Numbered from the stretch's first letter, positions 24,201 through 39,209 are shown. The stretch is 64,000 bases of DNA from a virus (IMGVR_UViG_3300021255_001258:32001-96000); one strand, 5' to 3'. Translations and numbers: made by a program. Notes: generated by a model not told the origin, from the letters alone.

Positions 24201-27200
24201 AAATATTTCTGTTGTTCTTCAAGACGAACACGTTCTTGATTGTATAACTGTTTGAATGTTCCGCTATTAGCTCTTGTTCCGGTAGCAGTATAATATGCTT
24301 CTTTAGACTGAGTAACTTTCTGAGAGGACTGGACCATATGAAGGAGTCCACCCCATTTTTTATCAGCTTTATCAAACTGCGCTTGAGCAAGTTCAGTTGC
24401 CGCATTCTTAGCAGCCTTCTGGAGTTCAACCAAACTTGTCTTACTTTCCCAATACTCTTGAGTAAGTTGAGCAAGCTGTGTCTGCGCCTCTTGATATTCT
24501 TTACTATTGACACCATATATCTTAGCTGCTTTCTCAAGCTCTTTCTCATAGTCCTTCATTGCCTGTTCGTTGTACTTAACAATTTCTTTCTGACGGACAA
24601 TCTGAGAACCCATATTCTGTCGGATAACTTCGCGGTCTTCACCACCACTTGCCTGATAGTATTCAAGCATAGCTTTTGTGGACGCTTGGATAGCAGAAGA
24701 GCGTTCGGCGAGAGTGCCGTATTTGCTTACAATGTTATCAAGTTTCGTACCTTCGAGTTCTTTTAATTGCTTCTGAAGTTCAATATTTGCATCTACACAA
24801 TCTTCTGCGGCATCTGTCCACTGTTTATAGGATTCAATGAATGTGCGGATTCCCTCATTGTAAGATGTAATATCCAAACTTCCACTATTCAAAGCCTTTA
24901 TAATCTGGTCAGCTTCAGTTGCCGACAAAAGTCCGGCATTAATAGCCTCAGTACGAACTTTATCTGCCTATGTTCTATAATTCTTTGCGGCTGTTTCATT
25001 ATTGCTGATTTGTTTTGTTACAAGTTTTGCTGCCTGATCAAGATAATTGTTCTTGTCTCTTGTATTTGTTGCAAGTTCGGCACGGCTTGTAAGACGTTCG
25101 ATTTCACGGTTTGTCTTTTCAAGTGTGATTTCGGCCATGTTAAACCAATCAGCTGTGGCCTTTTGGAATTTTTCAATTGCTTCTTTTATTGCATCTTCTG
25201 TTTCCTTAGCGGCATCACTAACAGTGCTTGCGACTTTTTTGCCTGTATCTTTTGCAGTATTAGCAACATCTTTTCCGGTATTTGATGGAGTATTTGTACC
25301 TGGAGTTCCAGGTTTAAATTGTATGCCGCCATTTCCGCCATAATGAGATGGCATACCATTATAAGCCAACGTCCCACTAGCCAACGCACGAGCGCCACCA
25401 ATAAGATGACCTTTACCAGAAGCTCGACCAGTTGACATGAGTGCCTTAACTTGGCTATGAGAGAGTATGACGTCACCTTTCTTCAGGTTTTCAACATGCA
25501 TACCTCCCGGAAGAATCGAGAACACACCGTTCCTAATTAATCCTTCCGCGCCGACCTCATTTACAAGTGCTGTCTCATCTTCCTGTAGAGATACATTTGT
25601 TCCTCTAGCATGAGCCGGAATTGCATTGACAACATTATAAGCAGTACCAGAAGCGTGAGCATGGAATGTTCCGGCTGCATCGCTTCCCTGAGCTGGCATT
25701 CCACTTACTCTAGCATGAACACTAATACTATATTGCTGATTCATGATATTCGCGAGTGCACTTGTTATTCCCGTCGTGTTTGCACCAACAGTAATTGTGG
25801 CAGTTCTATGGTTAATACTAGCCACAGCAATATTCGCAGCGTTAATTGCTTCAGAATTATCGCCAGCAATCTTCATAACTGGTTTCTTATTGCTAGCATA
25901 TTTTTCGGCAACATCCGCTTTGGTTCTTACATCGGAAGAATCTCCATTAATTTTCATTTCCGCCGGATTGTCTTCAGCATGCGCCTTAGCTGTATCAATT
26001 GCTTCCATTGCTTTTGTATTATCAGCGACAACATCCATTTTTGCTTCTGTTATTGCCTACGTGAGGTCTTCTATTTGTTCGGACGAAATTTCAACTTTGA
26101 TTGGTGCTTCCAAACTTTCAATCTAACTCTTAAGTTCTGCTAATTCTTGTTTGCCCTATTCGGTGTTAAGATCAATATTAAACTCTTTTGCAAGATCTTC
26201 GTCTGCTAACGATTTCAGTTCTTCAAGTCCAGATATTACTTCGTCTTTTCCTTCGAGGATTGTATTAATGTGTATCTGACGATCATATGTTTTAATTTCG
26301 TTATCTGTTGCGAGTGCCTCGTCGGATCCATCCTCCATGCCTCGTCTTGCTTTTATTAATTGGACTTTCCTTTGTTGCAATGTTTCATTATCTAATTGAG
26401 AAATGTCACCACCCAAATTAAACGAGATATCAACATCCCCGCTTTGCTGCAGTTCTTTTATTTTTTGTCTACCCTATTCAAGCTATTCATTAAATTCTTC
26501 TGCCCCTTGAATAGATGGACCAAATTCTGCATCGGGTGTCCAATCAATAAGTCCCATCTAGGACAAAACAGTCATTAATGCTTTGCCATATTCCTGACCA
26601 AGACCAAGTTCTTTTAAAATTCCATCGAGAGCCTATTCAGCACCTTCTAATTGTGTTTTCCCATCACCAAATTCAATTGTTCCAAGTTCTTCGTCTGAGA
26701 ATTGTTTAAGTGTATTAAGATACTTGCTGATGGCCTCGTTGTAACCATTTATCTTATCACCATCAAATAACTCATGATTGTGCGCAACTTCGGCATATCG
26801 GTCTGCCATTTCTTTTGCGTCTTCACCCTTAAATGTTGCCATAAGAACAGGCAATTCAACCTATTCACCATTTAATGCTTTCTCGGCATATTCTTGCAAT
26901 GCTTCTGGTTCTAGTACATCGCCATTCGGAAGGATTGGTGTCATAACAACGGCTGTCTGATTATCATCGCTGGTATACGTCTAACTATATAATGTCGCAT
27001 AATCTCCATCGAAATCAGGATAAAATTCTTGCATCATGCGAGGAGTAACTCTGGCTCTGTGATTTAAATCAACATCTCCAAATTGAGTTCCAGACACGAA
27101 ATCCGTCATTGCAGCCTCATAACTAGCGCGATCAATTGTAAAATCTTTCAAATTAATCGTAACACCGTATTCATCTGCCATTCTCTGGACTTCGTCCATG

Positions 27201-30200
27201 ATACGTTTCATACCAACTTGATCACCCATATTCTCCGCCGTAGTATAAGCCTGACGAAGGGCATCAACTGTATCTGGTAAATTCTTAAATCCTTCAATGA
27301 AAGACTACTGAGAACCAGCAACATAATTATTTGTGGCGGTATCCAAATTAGTAAGGTCATCTTTTAATCCTTGAATCTGATTACGTTTTTCCGCCAACAC
27401 ATCTTCGCTCGCTCCGGCAGCAACAAGTTGTGCATATTCAAGTTGTGCGTCTGTCAACTGTGTTTTGAGGTCGCTTGCTTTTGCAGAAGCTTCTTCAAGA
27501 GAAGATACATATGCAATATTTCCACCGTAGTCATTGATACGCCCCATCATGTCCATAAAGAATTCATCAGACATACCCATTTCAAGAGCGGCTTTTGCAG
27601 AATCCGCAAAATCAAGAGAATATCCAGTTAATGCATCGTATGTTGCCAATCCTTTAGAAACAAGATCATTGAGGAAATTGGTAACTCCAGATGCGTCATC
27701 TGTGAAGTATCTTTCAACTTTCTTATAATTCTGCTCAAATGTCTTCCAATCAGTTCTTCCGAATGGATCAAGATATGAGGCGCGAGTCTTGAAATCATCG
27801 GTTCCAATAAGTCCCTTATCAAACAGTTCCTTGCCAGTCTTCATATAACCTTGAGCTGTCTCATAGTCAGCACCTTCATTCTTCGTCTGGTCAGCACGGG
27901 CAATAGCAGCAAGACGAGAGAAGTTCTGCATTTGTTCAGCATAAGTAGCATAATACTGAGCCTGTTGACGCATATATTCAGCCATTTGTTCATTAAGTTC
28001 ACGAACTTTGGAAGTATCTCCGGCTTTCGACGCACGGTCGATTGCTTCCTGGATTTCATCCATCTTTGACGCAAAGTCCTGATTAATGATTTCATTCTGC
28101 TGTTCCGCAAGCCTCTGCAGTTCTATCATGTCAACTTTGACACCGTCAGCCGTAGCATAGAACACCGATGAAATGTCTGCTTCATTGGCAAGGTTGCTAA
28201 ACTGTGTGGTTAACTGCTGAATCGTATCAGATGAAAGTCCAGTTTCGGTTGTCATTTCTGACATTGCAGTCGAAATAGCAGAAGAGAGTGCTTGAGCATC
28301 GGAGATTACGAGGTTTTTGATTGTATCGTCGTAATTTGCGATGTCACCAAGGAGAGAAGAGATAGAGGAGTTGTTGGCATCGATTTCCTGACCAATTTCT
28401 CGCCTACGATCCGCAGTGGTTTCAGTTTTTGTAGCTTCTTCGGCAAGAAGTTTATTTTGTGTCCTCAAATTCGCAATCTGGTTCTTACTAAGGTTCTGAA
28501 GCGTTTTATATTCTTTCTCTGTTACTTTAAGTCCCTATGCTTGCTTCAAAGATATAAGGTCATTGATTTCCTATGCTTGAGATTTATATTCATCTAATGC
28601 GTATCCAAGTTGTTTAAGTTCATCATTGGAATAAGCAGAAGAGTATGTGGATGCTTGTTCACGAGCCGACTGAGCATTTGCCGCATGTTCATTTGCGTAA
28701 CCAAGATATTTTACTCTAGTAGCATCGCTTGTTACACGAGAAGCAGCATTTTCCCAATATCTTGCCATAGTATCTTCTTGTTCTGCTGTGTTTTGATATA
28801 ATTCCTGTAAAGAATCATATGTCTTCTTGGTTGTTCTTTGGCCTGATTTTTCGTTCTTGGCAACCAAATTCTCAAGTTTATCAATTTCTGTCTTGTTTAA
28901 GTCAACTCCACGTTGATACGCATTTGTACCAGCTTCAAGCTGTTCTGTTTGAAGATTTATTAAATCTATTTGAGATTGCGCTAAAGCCGATTCAGATTCA
29001 TTTAACGCTTTTTGCGCAGCTTTGTATGCCGGAGAACTGGTATCATAAATCCTATTTCGTTTTTGTCTCTTGTTGGAAACATCTTCCTGATTTAATCTGA
29101 TCGTTTCTTCTGCATTTCTTATAATCCCATCATAGTCGGCCTAAGTGATAATATCACCCTTTGCTTCTTTATATTCAAGTTCAGATCTACGCTTTTGCGT
29201 ATCAGAATCAAGCCTTTCTAGTTCTGCTTGTATTTTTGCTGTATCTGCATCAATTTCCCAGACCATCTTCATGTCTTTGTATTTTGCATAGATTTCGTCT
29301 GCTGTGCCGGAGAATTGGTCGGAGGCGATCATTTGATAAACTACGTTCCAATTGAGTTCTTCGTCACCAAGTTTTCCTTGGAGGTCTTCGATCTAAGAAT
29401 CAAAAAGTTTAGATAATCCTTCACGTTGCGCATGAGTGGCAGCATTGACATCAGCCGTAGCATTTAATTCCATAAACAAATCTTTTACATCCGATGATTC
29501 ATCTGCTAAATTCCCCATGGAAGATACAAGATTCTCGACATATGTATTTAATTGCTGTAATCCTTCAGCGGACATACCATCAACATTCGCACGAAGTTCT
29601 TTAATCCACTCTGTTAATTTTCCGACCGCCTTGTCGGATATTGCTTTTTCTGTAAACTCTGTTAAATCTGGGAATGAATCCTGAAGTGTCTTCATTTCAT
29701 CGGCTGTTAATGTACCATTTTCCCGCAAAGATTCAAGTGCTCCAGTGAGAGAGGAGAGTGAAGTTTCAAAAGATTGTGCTTTCTCCGCATAACCCTCATC
29801 ATTAAATATAGAAGATAAATTATCTGTAGGTTCAACTTTTTGTATTTCTTTTCTCGCCTCTTTATATTTCTCTAACCAATTTAAGAAATCTTCCAAACCA
29901 GAACCTTCATAATCAAATTTGCCTTTGATTTTTGCCTCTTGAACTAAATCAATATCTTCAAGACTAATACTACGTACTTCGTCCGAAGAAATTCCGAGTT
30001 CTTCTGCAAGACTGTCAAGATCGGCGGAATCCGAATAAAAATCTCTACCAGTTTTTTCATCCACATAAGTAAGACCAAGCATTACACGAATATTTTGCCT
30101 TATTTTATATGATTCATCATCATCTCCTGGGACAATTTCTCTAAGAACTTTGGCAAAATTATCTCGATATTCTGTGGTACTTAATGATTTATCTGAAAAT

Positions 30201-33200
30201 GCATCTAATAATTTCTTCGCATTATCTTCGGATGCTTTTGATATTTCGCCATTACTATCTGCTAATGCAGCAACAAGAGGATCAAGAAAACGTTTCCGCA
30301 AAAATGCTCTTGGATCATCACCCAATAAATTCCAATCATCATCTGATAATCCCTCTAAATCTAAATTCGTAATATCGTCAGCAATAATCTATTGCAACTA
30401 TTCTCCAACTTTAAGGTCCCCAAGTTTTTGATAATCTTCGTAAAGATTCATTTGAGAAATAAGCGAAGGAACTAATGCATTCCAATCAGCTTTTACTTCT
30501 GCCATATCGCTCTTCTTGATTGAAAGAGCTTTTATATACTCCTCCGGTAAAGAGCCTAAATCTGCTGATTGTACGGCTGCTTTAAATGTTTTTTCAAATT
30601 CTTCCACATTTTCTTCTGTCGCATCAGCAAGATTTAGAACAAGTCTACCAGCGGTAGAATCTGAAGCGGAATAATCCACATTCTTATAAATGGAATTTGC
30701 TGCATCAACGTACATCTTAGTAATCTGGTCAACAACCTTTTGCATACTTGGATCGTTCGGATCATAATCCCACCTAAGTGTACCGTTTTCGTCTAACCCT
30801 AATTTAGAAATGTCAATTTCAGCACCCGTTTTCCCGGCTTTTATTGTGTCTTGTATTCCTTTTACCGTATTTACTATATCTGTCTGCCGAGCAATATCTT
30901 TCTATAATTCTTCATATCTAACTTGAAAGCCCTTTAATGCGGTTCCTAATTGTTCTCCAATCTAAAAATCGGCAAGCTGCCTTTCTTCTTCTAATAAAGC
31001 AGCGATACTTTCTTTTGCTTTATCTGCGTTGGCGTCTAGTGTAAGAATAGCATTCCCTTGCGAATCAAATCCAGAAACGAGACTTGGGAAAAGATCTGCC
31101 ATTTGTTGATTCAGTGACAAGAATTCCTGATATTTCTCTGTTGATAACTCTCTGTTAGAGATTCCTTGATTTGTATAATCTACGCTTTCACGAAGTTTTA
31201 AATAATCACTAAGATTATCTTCCTAATAAGTTCGCCTTTGATCATATTGTTGCCGAATATCTGAAATCCGAGATTGTGCCTCTTGCCCTTTTTGAATCGC
31301 GATTTCTCGTCTATTGACATAATTTGAAATAGCATTGATTGTTGCACCAAGTGCTGCCGAAATTGCCATGGATATCCCAGCATTGACAACAGTAGAAAGG
31401 ACTGTACCTCCAAGAGATTTTAATCCAGATATTAGTTTTGAACCGCCACCTTGAGTTTGACTTGCGGTCTATTTTTCTAATTCCGCCTGTTGTTCTTTTG
31501 CTTTGCCAAGCGCTTGCGACAGATTCATTGCCTCTGTACTTGCATTTGCTAATCCTTGCACATATTGTTGAGCAGAAGAGGAGAGACCTTTAAAATCGCT
31601 CGACTATATAAATGTATCAAGATCTACAGAACTTCCGCCAGCTTGTTTAAATGCTTTTTCTAATTCTGGTATAAGATTCTGCTGTACGCCTGTGCCGATG
31701 CTCTTTGATGCGGATTGACCGAATTTCTGGAATATATTGGAGAATTTTCCTGATTTTCTGTCGAAGCCTAAAAATCCTATATCTTTGAAATTTGACAATA
31801 CTCCAAATACTGTTCCGACTATCATATTCAACCCACCAAAAGCGTCGGCGAGTGATGTGATTACTTCAATAGCTTTTGTACCAAAATCGATAATACCCTT
31901 AATCCAAGAAGAATCAATTGTAGTACTTATAAGTTCCTGGAGTCTGTTTTGGAATTGAGCCACTCGGCCCTCAATAGAATCGAGGTATTTATTTAGCTCC
32001 TCGTCGGCTGAACCGAGATAGTTATTCGCTGATGCTTCGCGTACTTGTTCCAATATGTCGCCATTCTAGAGAATACTGGCGACGATGTTAGATCTGTTTT
32101 TCCCAGCAAGCTATTCAACAAGAGCCTATGCTCTATTCGTTCCGCGCTATTTATCTTCAGCCTAAATCTCACTATAAATCTTTGAAATGTCTAACAAAAT
32201 ATCATAAGTGTCCCGCAAATTCCCGTTTGGGTCAAGAACACTAACACCTTTATACATATTGCTTGCAACTGCTGTATAATCACGAATGATTTGATCAGTT
32301 TTGGATCTGGTACGTACAACGAAATCGTCAACATCTTCACCCATATCAGCAATTTCGTTCTTGGCCTCTTCAGTGCCTGAAATACGAAGAGCAATTGTAC
32401 GGATACCAGCAGACGCTTTGCTCATATCTTGTCCAATAAGATTACCAGCTGTCAGAAGAGCAAGAGTCTGATCTAAATCATTTCCCTAAGTTTTTAATAC
32501 AGCTCCTGCATTTTGTAATCCTTGTGCCAGTTCATCTGTGGATACGGCAAAATTATTGCCAATAAGATTTAACTTATCAACAATGTCTGAAGCAGTAACA
32601 TCGGTGTAGGCCTAAGTAGCAGATACTAATGCATCTGTAGCATCTTTTATGTCAGTAAATTCTGAAACATTCAAAAGTTTTGTTGATATTTCGGCCATAT
32701 TCGCAGCTTCTGGTAAGTTCTTGCCAAGTCTTAACCAATCCGCCGTAGAACTCTGAATTTGAGAAGCAGTAGTACCAACACGGTCAGCAATATCAAATGA
32801 TTCAAGCTGATATTGTTGTAATGTCTATAAGCTCTCATTTGATACTTTTCGCATTTCGGTAAGCTGAGTATCAAGTTCAGTTACAACAGATATTGCTTCA
32901 CGGCCATAACGTATAAAGTCCTGGAAACTCAGATAATACGTTGCAAGACTCGTCATTGTGTTCTTGAACTGGTCTTTGAAACGATCACCGAGAGATTTAC
33001 CAAGTAAATTCTTGGAAGCCGCATCAGATTGAATTCCACTAAATATATTTTCAAGTCTAGAGGCTTCAGCCTCATTGTCAACTGCTGCGATTTGTCCTTT
33101 TAACGTTTCTAATTGTTCGCCGAATTCTTTTGCGGCGATTTTATTCTGATTTGCCCATGTTTCAATTTTAGCAGTAAATGAGGATTGCCACGTTTCTCGG

Positions 33201-36200
33201 ATCGGTAAGAAATCTTCACTCTTCATTGTAGCCTTCATTCTGCCAATAAGAGCATCGAAAGCCTTTTGGTTTTCTTTATAATCCCGTGTCCCGATATTTT
33301 CTTTAAAAACAGTTGCTTCTTGTCTAAGTTCATCAATGATATCTTTCCAATTACCTTTTCGCCAAGAAGACTATTTTTCCATGGTTTCCAGTTGGTTATT
33401 TAAACCCTTTGTCCATTTATCAGAAAATTCTTGCGACACATCTGCTTGGAGTTGAGCAACTGTCTTTAAACCACCCGTCATCTTTTCAATAAATTCCGCA
33501 CCTTGAGCAATCTTTGCATTCCATTCTGTTTGTTGATCGGTCATATAACGAGCTAAATCAGCCATTCTTGCTTCATCTTGTGTACTGATTCCGCCACTGT
33601 TTTGCATACGATATAGCTTTTTATATTCTTCGCTTTCTTTTCTGTATATTTCAATTTGTGTTTGTGTATCAGATTTTAATGTCCTTAATGTCGCATTCTT
33701 CTAAGCAGTAGCTAGAGCATCTATACTTTCAGCCGTACCTTTTGATGAAACAGCAAGTTTATCTATGGCGTCCACATATTGTTCAACACTGATTGCTCCC
33801 TGTTTATACATATCATTTATTTTAATGATTGCATCATTTGCAGCTTTGGCAGCACTTGCAGATTTTACAGAAGCTTCTGCCAACTATGTGTCAACGGTCT
33901 TTCCGTTTACTTGTTTCGTTTCAATTTTATTTAACTCTGTTTTGGCTTTAGTTGCCGCTTCAATTGTTGCTAAAAGTTCTTTATATTCAGCAGTAGCATC
34001 CTTTGTCGGATTTGCGGTTGTTTTGCCAGTTGTTCCGGATCCAGCTGCTTTTCCGGCGGTTGCGATCTTCTTCTCACTGGCCTCAAGAATTTTCGCTAAA
34101 GATTTGAGTTCTTCACTTTTTTTAAGCAGTTCATTTAGAGAGTCGAAAGCAGAAGAGTTGATGCCCTCATTCGAAAGTTTCTTGAAAGATTCTCCGATTG
34201 TATCAATTGCCCAACTTGCGTCTGTGAGATTTTGTACAGTATCTTTATTGACCTTGACATTATTGATAGACTCAAAGAGATCTTTCAGACCACTAAGAAC
34301 ATTGGTGTCATCGCCACCCTTGAAAAGGTTCTATAAAACTTTTGCGAGTTCTTCAACTTTACCGATTTCAAGATCAATAAGATCGCTTACCTCAGCTTGT
34401 TCTCCACGAAATGCCTGAGTTTTTACATCTACGGCTTCTGGGATTTCACCAACGAGTTTTGCTCTTAATTCGTCAAGCGCATCCTGTTCAGCCGACATTG
34501 CTTCGCCAACTGCTTTGGACTCTTGTTGAAACGAATCACTGATAGCAGTAGAAGAGGGACTTTCTCCGGTAGCTTCCTTTTTTGCGTCGGCAAGTTTTTC
34601 TGCATTCTTTGCGGCGTCAGCGTATGCTTCACTTTGTTTTTCTATTTCGGTAAAATCGCTTAATGCAGACTTGCCTTGTAATGACGCGTCTTCAATATTA
34701 ATTTTTACAGTTCTTTCTTTAGTTAAATCTTCAAGCTAGTCTTCTGCTTTTGATGTATCAATTTTAACTTCAATTGGTTTCTCTAGTTGTTGTGGGTAAA
34801 TAGAAGATAGCCATTCGTCTTGATCCATTACTTTAAATATTTCTGACGGATCTAGGCCATAAGACTTAATAGCATTTTTTAAAGCAGACTGTTTTACTTG
34901 CATGTTTTCATTTTCCGTCAAAGATTTAAAACGCTTAAATTCCTTGCCAATTAAATCATCAACGTCATATAATACATCATCACCAATTTTTTCTGCATCT
35001 AATGAAGATACATTTAAACCCTTAATTCGTTTCTGGATTAATTGTTTAACCGCATCATCTAATTCCTCTGTTACAACTTCTCCTCCATATGTCTCATTTG
35101 AAGATATCCTTTTTTGGATATTCGAAGTTATAGTATTCATTATGTCTTTTAATAAATCCTAAGAAAGACTATTATCCACTATTGACCCAGAAAATGAATT
35201 GGTTATTGTTTCCTATATTTTTCCCCGAATAATATCTGCATAATTCTATGGTAATAAATCCTATAATTTTACATTTTGCGCTTTCTATTGTAACTTTTCT
35301 GTAGATTCTTTATTCCAATTTTGCGAAAATTTTTCTTGCAAATCACTTGCTTTTACACCGGACGAAACAAGTTTTTCTATATCCAACATTGCAATTTCTC
35401 TGCCAGCTTTTACAAACTATTTTGTGATACCTTTTTTGTATTCCGTTTCAAGCATATTCTTAAATTCGTCACCAGAAAATGCTGCATAATTTACATTGGG
35501 ATGCGTATGAAGAACGCTATTAGCTTTACCACCAAGATAATCAACTAATTTTCCAGTATGAACACCTCGGCCCAATTCTTGATTAACATAAGATGCAATC
35601 CCCGTTATATCATTAAAAGCAATGCCTTCTTCTGATTCTTGTTTTCCATATAAAGAATCAATTTCCTTCATTCCTTTTAACAGATCCAATGATTTCGCAA
35701 CGGGACCATTCACTGAAATATTTATCTCTTTTGAATCTGGAAGTTCTTTAAGGGCATCATTAATCTTATTAATGGCCTCTAATGCCTAATTTGGGTCAAT
35801 ATCTATAGTTGGAGAACTAACAGTTTCACCGCTTACTCCATTAGTCTAGCTAGAAGATTGAAGTTTCGACAATTCTTGTTTCAATTTATCTATTTTCTAA
35901 ATTTGCGCATCGATCATATCATCAGATATTAAATTATCCAATGCAGCGTTAGCGTTTGGCAGATAGTCTGCCTAAGCAGTTTCAATCTATTTCAATGCCT
36001 TTACTAATTCATCACTATTTATCGGGGAACCTGCAAAATGTTTTTTATAAGTCGCATATAAATCCATAATCCTTTTTTGCTTTTTATCAATTTCTTCTGG
36101 ATCAGATAATTTTCCAAGTTGTTCGATTTCGTACTTCAAATAATCTTTTCTAAACGTCGGAGCATTAATAGTAGAAGTGCGTTCACCTTTTTTACTGTTT

Positions 36201-37546
36201 AATCTATCTAATTCTTCTTCGGCTTCTCGGATTTCTCCTTTTAATTTTTCTATTGCTTCTGTAGCATTTCCAACTCCGTTAGCAACGCTTTGACCAGAAG
36301 ATTGTCCGGCTTCTCCCATTTCTTCTAATGATTCGGCAGCATCTCTTGCATCTGACCCAGTTTGTACAATAGAATTATTTTTACGACGAGACGGTATTTT
36401 CTCATTGTCTTCTTCAGCTCGCTTTTGCGTGTTTTCGACATCTCTTTCAACTTTTTTTTGTTGTTTTCCAGCCGTTTTTGACAACCATTCATTAAGTTCT
36501 CTTTTTGCAGCATCAACATTCTGCTTTTGTTTTTTCGTCGCTCTTTCGGCATATGCTATCTAAGCTTGGTTTAAATCAGAAACTATTTCATTCCGATCAT
36601 AATTACTTAACAACAACCCCTGAGTGTCTTTGGCAATCTTGAACTGTTTTATCATCTAATCTTGTAATGAAGATAAACGAGTAAATACATCGAATATTTG
36701 TTTCGATTGTTGCAAGAACCCTTCGGGATTAGTTTCTGAAAATTCTTTCTTTTTGGCAATCAATTCATCTAATAAAGCAGCCGTTCTTGAATAATCGTGA
36801 ATTAGTAATTCTCCATTATCTGATTTTGTTGTATTTAATCCTTTAGTAATTCCTAATTGTTTAGCTAGTTCCAATCCTTTGCCTTTTGTGAACTCTCCAC
36901 GACTATTCTTTTTTTGAATCTCTTCATTGATCTTATCTCGGCTAAGATAAAACTTATCTTGATGTTTTTTAGCTTCGTCAACTGCTTTTGCATAATCTTG
37001 TTGTAATGACACTTGTTCTCTCAATTTCTTTATCACATCATCTATTTGCTTATCAGTCATATATTGGAGAGAAGTCCTATTAGTTAATGAAGCTAATAAT
37101 TCTATCTCATCTTTGGTGTGAGAGATAATGTCATATAAATCCTAAGCACTTTTCGTCGAATCTAAAAAACCATCTGTAATTCTACTAAAAAATGGAGTAA
37201 GATTTACATTCTACAAAGTTTTCGATGCAATTTTCTTAATCCCATCAAATGCGCTTTTTAACCCTAACTAATCATCGTCTAATTTTAAATTTTTCTTTAT
37301 ATCTCCCTATAGCCCACTTAATAATTGTTGAAAACTTTTCTAGTCCCCTTCAAATCTAATAGTTGCACTTGGGTCGGCATTTTGAATCTTTTTTAATACA
37401 TCTTGCAGTGATTTCTAATCACCTGTGAATTTAATTAATAATTCATTATCAGCCATCATTGACTAAACATTTGCCATTTCTTTTGTGACTTCTTTTGCAA
37501 TCGCAGAAGCATCCGCCCCCACGGTAAATATATAATCATAAGCCAT
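21254..37546 (-). CDS. Giant tape measure protein, ~5430 aa (recoded)
   Basis: 22 track ORFs share the frame of ATG 37546 and the junctions inspected are TAG; tape-measure core (ELDTQLTEMRKVS, GNNFAVST, AGKNRSNIVASIL); ends TAA TAA. Not every gap was checked codon by codon. Confidence 0.85.
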
Positions 37547-37560
37547 TTACTCACCACCTT

Positions 37561-37986
37561 TCATATACTCAAACTTCCAATATGACGTTTTACAATTTCT
37601 GGCAATATATTTGCCGTAAATAATTTTTGCCATTTAACCATGGTTCTATTCCCAGGTTTACCTCTATAAATCTAAGAAGTACCATGAATTCCAAGGCCAA
37701 ACCCGCCATTGAATACGTATTCTCCAGGGTCATGAGTAGTAACCACCCCAGACGCGTCTGTCGTAATTCCCGCTTCAAATCCATCGTCAAGCTATACATA
37801 ATGGTCGTGAACAGTATTATAAAAACTATAACTTCTCGCATAATAATTAGGATCGTAATCATCATAAAAAATATCTATTACACGATTATATGTCTCATTT
37901 GTACGATCAATAATTTCATGAGCAGCACCGACTAAACGATCTCTAATCTTGTCCTCAACGATTTTCTATAATTCTTCCCCAGTCAT
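37561..37986 (-). CDS. Hypothetical (tail completion-like) protein, 141 aa, three TAGs; missing from the track
   Basis: ATG 37986 to TGA 37561 is open when TAG is sense; GGAGGT RBS; GIHG motif. Confidence 0.65.
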
Positions 37987-38032
37987 AGCCCATACACCTC
38001 CTTCCGGCGTATGAACTACGCCAGTATCAATA

Positions 38033-38581
38033 TTATTTTACTTGTTCAATTAATTCTTTTACTTTATCTAAATCTAATTCCTCCAAAATAGGCGAGAGAG
38101 CAGTACTAATCAATGTCCCAAATCTTTCTACCTGCGCCCGGATGAACGCATGATTCTCATATTCGTTTGTCATCAAATCATCGCAGGTCATCTGCAATAC
38201 CATATTAAACTCTTTCAATTCTCGATCGTCAATATTCTGGATAATCAGATCTAAAACTCCAGAACCATTAAGAGTATTAAATTCTTCTAACGATTTGCCC
38301 TCATTCTTGGACCGCTCAATATCAGTATATAAATCTATCATGCTCAAACAGGTGAGCATATATTTGGCCACACTATCAATATGGAATTCCTCACGCTCGA
38401 TTTCGCCGCGATTTTTCGTCCGCTGATAATAGCTCGCTTTTACAATCGCTTTCGCAACATCTGCTTTTTTCTCATATGGAACATAATCATTTTTAACGTG
38501 TTCCTTTATAAATTCCGCCTGTTTTTCAGGTGTTTTCTTTGTTTTATACATAGTCATAAATGGTGTAAGTTTCATAGTCAT
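38033..38581 (-). CDS. Hypothetical protein, possible tail assembly chaperone
   Basis: 182-aa ORF with RBS, two genes upstream of the tape measure. Confidence 0.65.
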   Translation of the reverse strand: MTMKLTPFMTMYKTKKTPEKQAEFIKEHVKNDYVPYEKKADVAKAIVKASYYQRTKNRGEIEREEFHIDSVAKYMLTCLSMIDLYTDIERSKNEGKSLEEFNTLNGSGVLDLIIQNIDDRELKEFNMVLQMTCDDLMTNEYENHAFIRAQVERFGTLISTALSPILEELDLDKVKELIEQVK

Positions 38582-38769
38582 TTCTCCTTTTCTAATTCCT
38601 TATTATGTGTTCAAATCCTTTTCAATACTTTCTATATCTTTTCAAAATCATTGAAAAGAATTCGAAGTATAAAAAATTTGGGATGGAGGGTTATCTCCAT
38701 CCCCATAATATAAAAATATGTTAAGATAAAGCCTTATAAAAATGTTACAAACTATAAATTAACTAAATA

Positions 38770-39192
38770 TTATTTATTCTACATTTGATCAACCAAACGT
38801 TTAATTGATTCACGATCCTCATTGTTCTGAGCCTCATTCATCAATCTTGTCAGTTCGTCAACCATATACTGTTTGCTATCAGTACGGCTGTATCCACCTC
38901 TACGGGGATAATTAGATCTGCCAGAACGATAACTATTACCATTGCCCATATTATCATAACTATTACCAGGATACCATCTCTGAGAATATCCACCATTACG
39001 GTTATATCCATTGGAGTATTCCTCTTCACCATAACCAACGCCCTCTTCGAACATTTCAACGCTTCCAATGTCCTTAAGAATGTCTACAAGTTCTCCGAGG
39101 ACTTTTACTGTATTCATATCAAGTTTTCCAATATGAGAAATTTCATCGATCTCGCAATATACTAAATCTTTTACTGTGTCAAATTCTTTCAT
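38770..39192 (-). CDS. Conserved phage hypothetical protein with Gly/Tyr/Ser/Arg-rich low-complexity centre
   Basis: GGAAGGAGG RBS; GYSQR/GNSYR/GYSR repeats; TAG read-through adds QNK before TAA. Confidence 0.75.
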
Positions 39193-39209
39193 AATAATCC
39201 TCCTTCCTT

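Noticed and set aside
38700-38726. dif/Xer site (CATAA...TATGTTAA)
   Set aside because: Spacing is off by one, and the sequence is better explained as one arm of the long-range RNA duplex.
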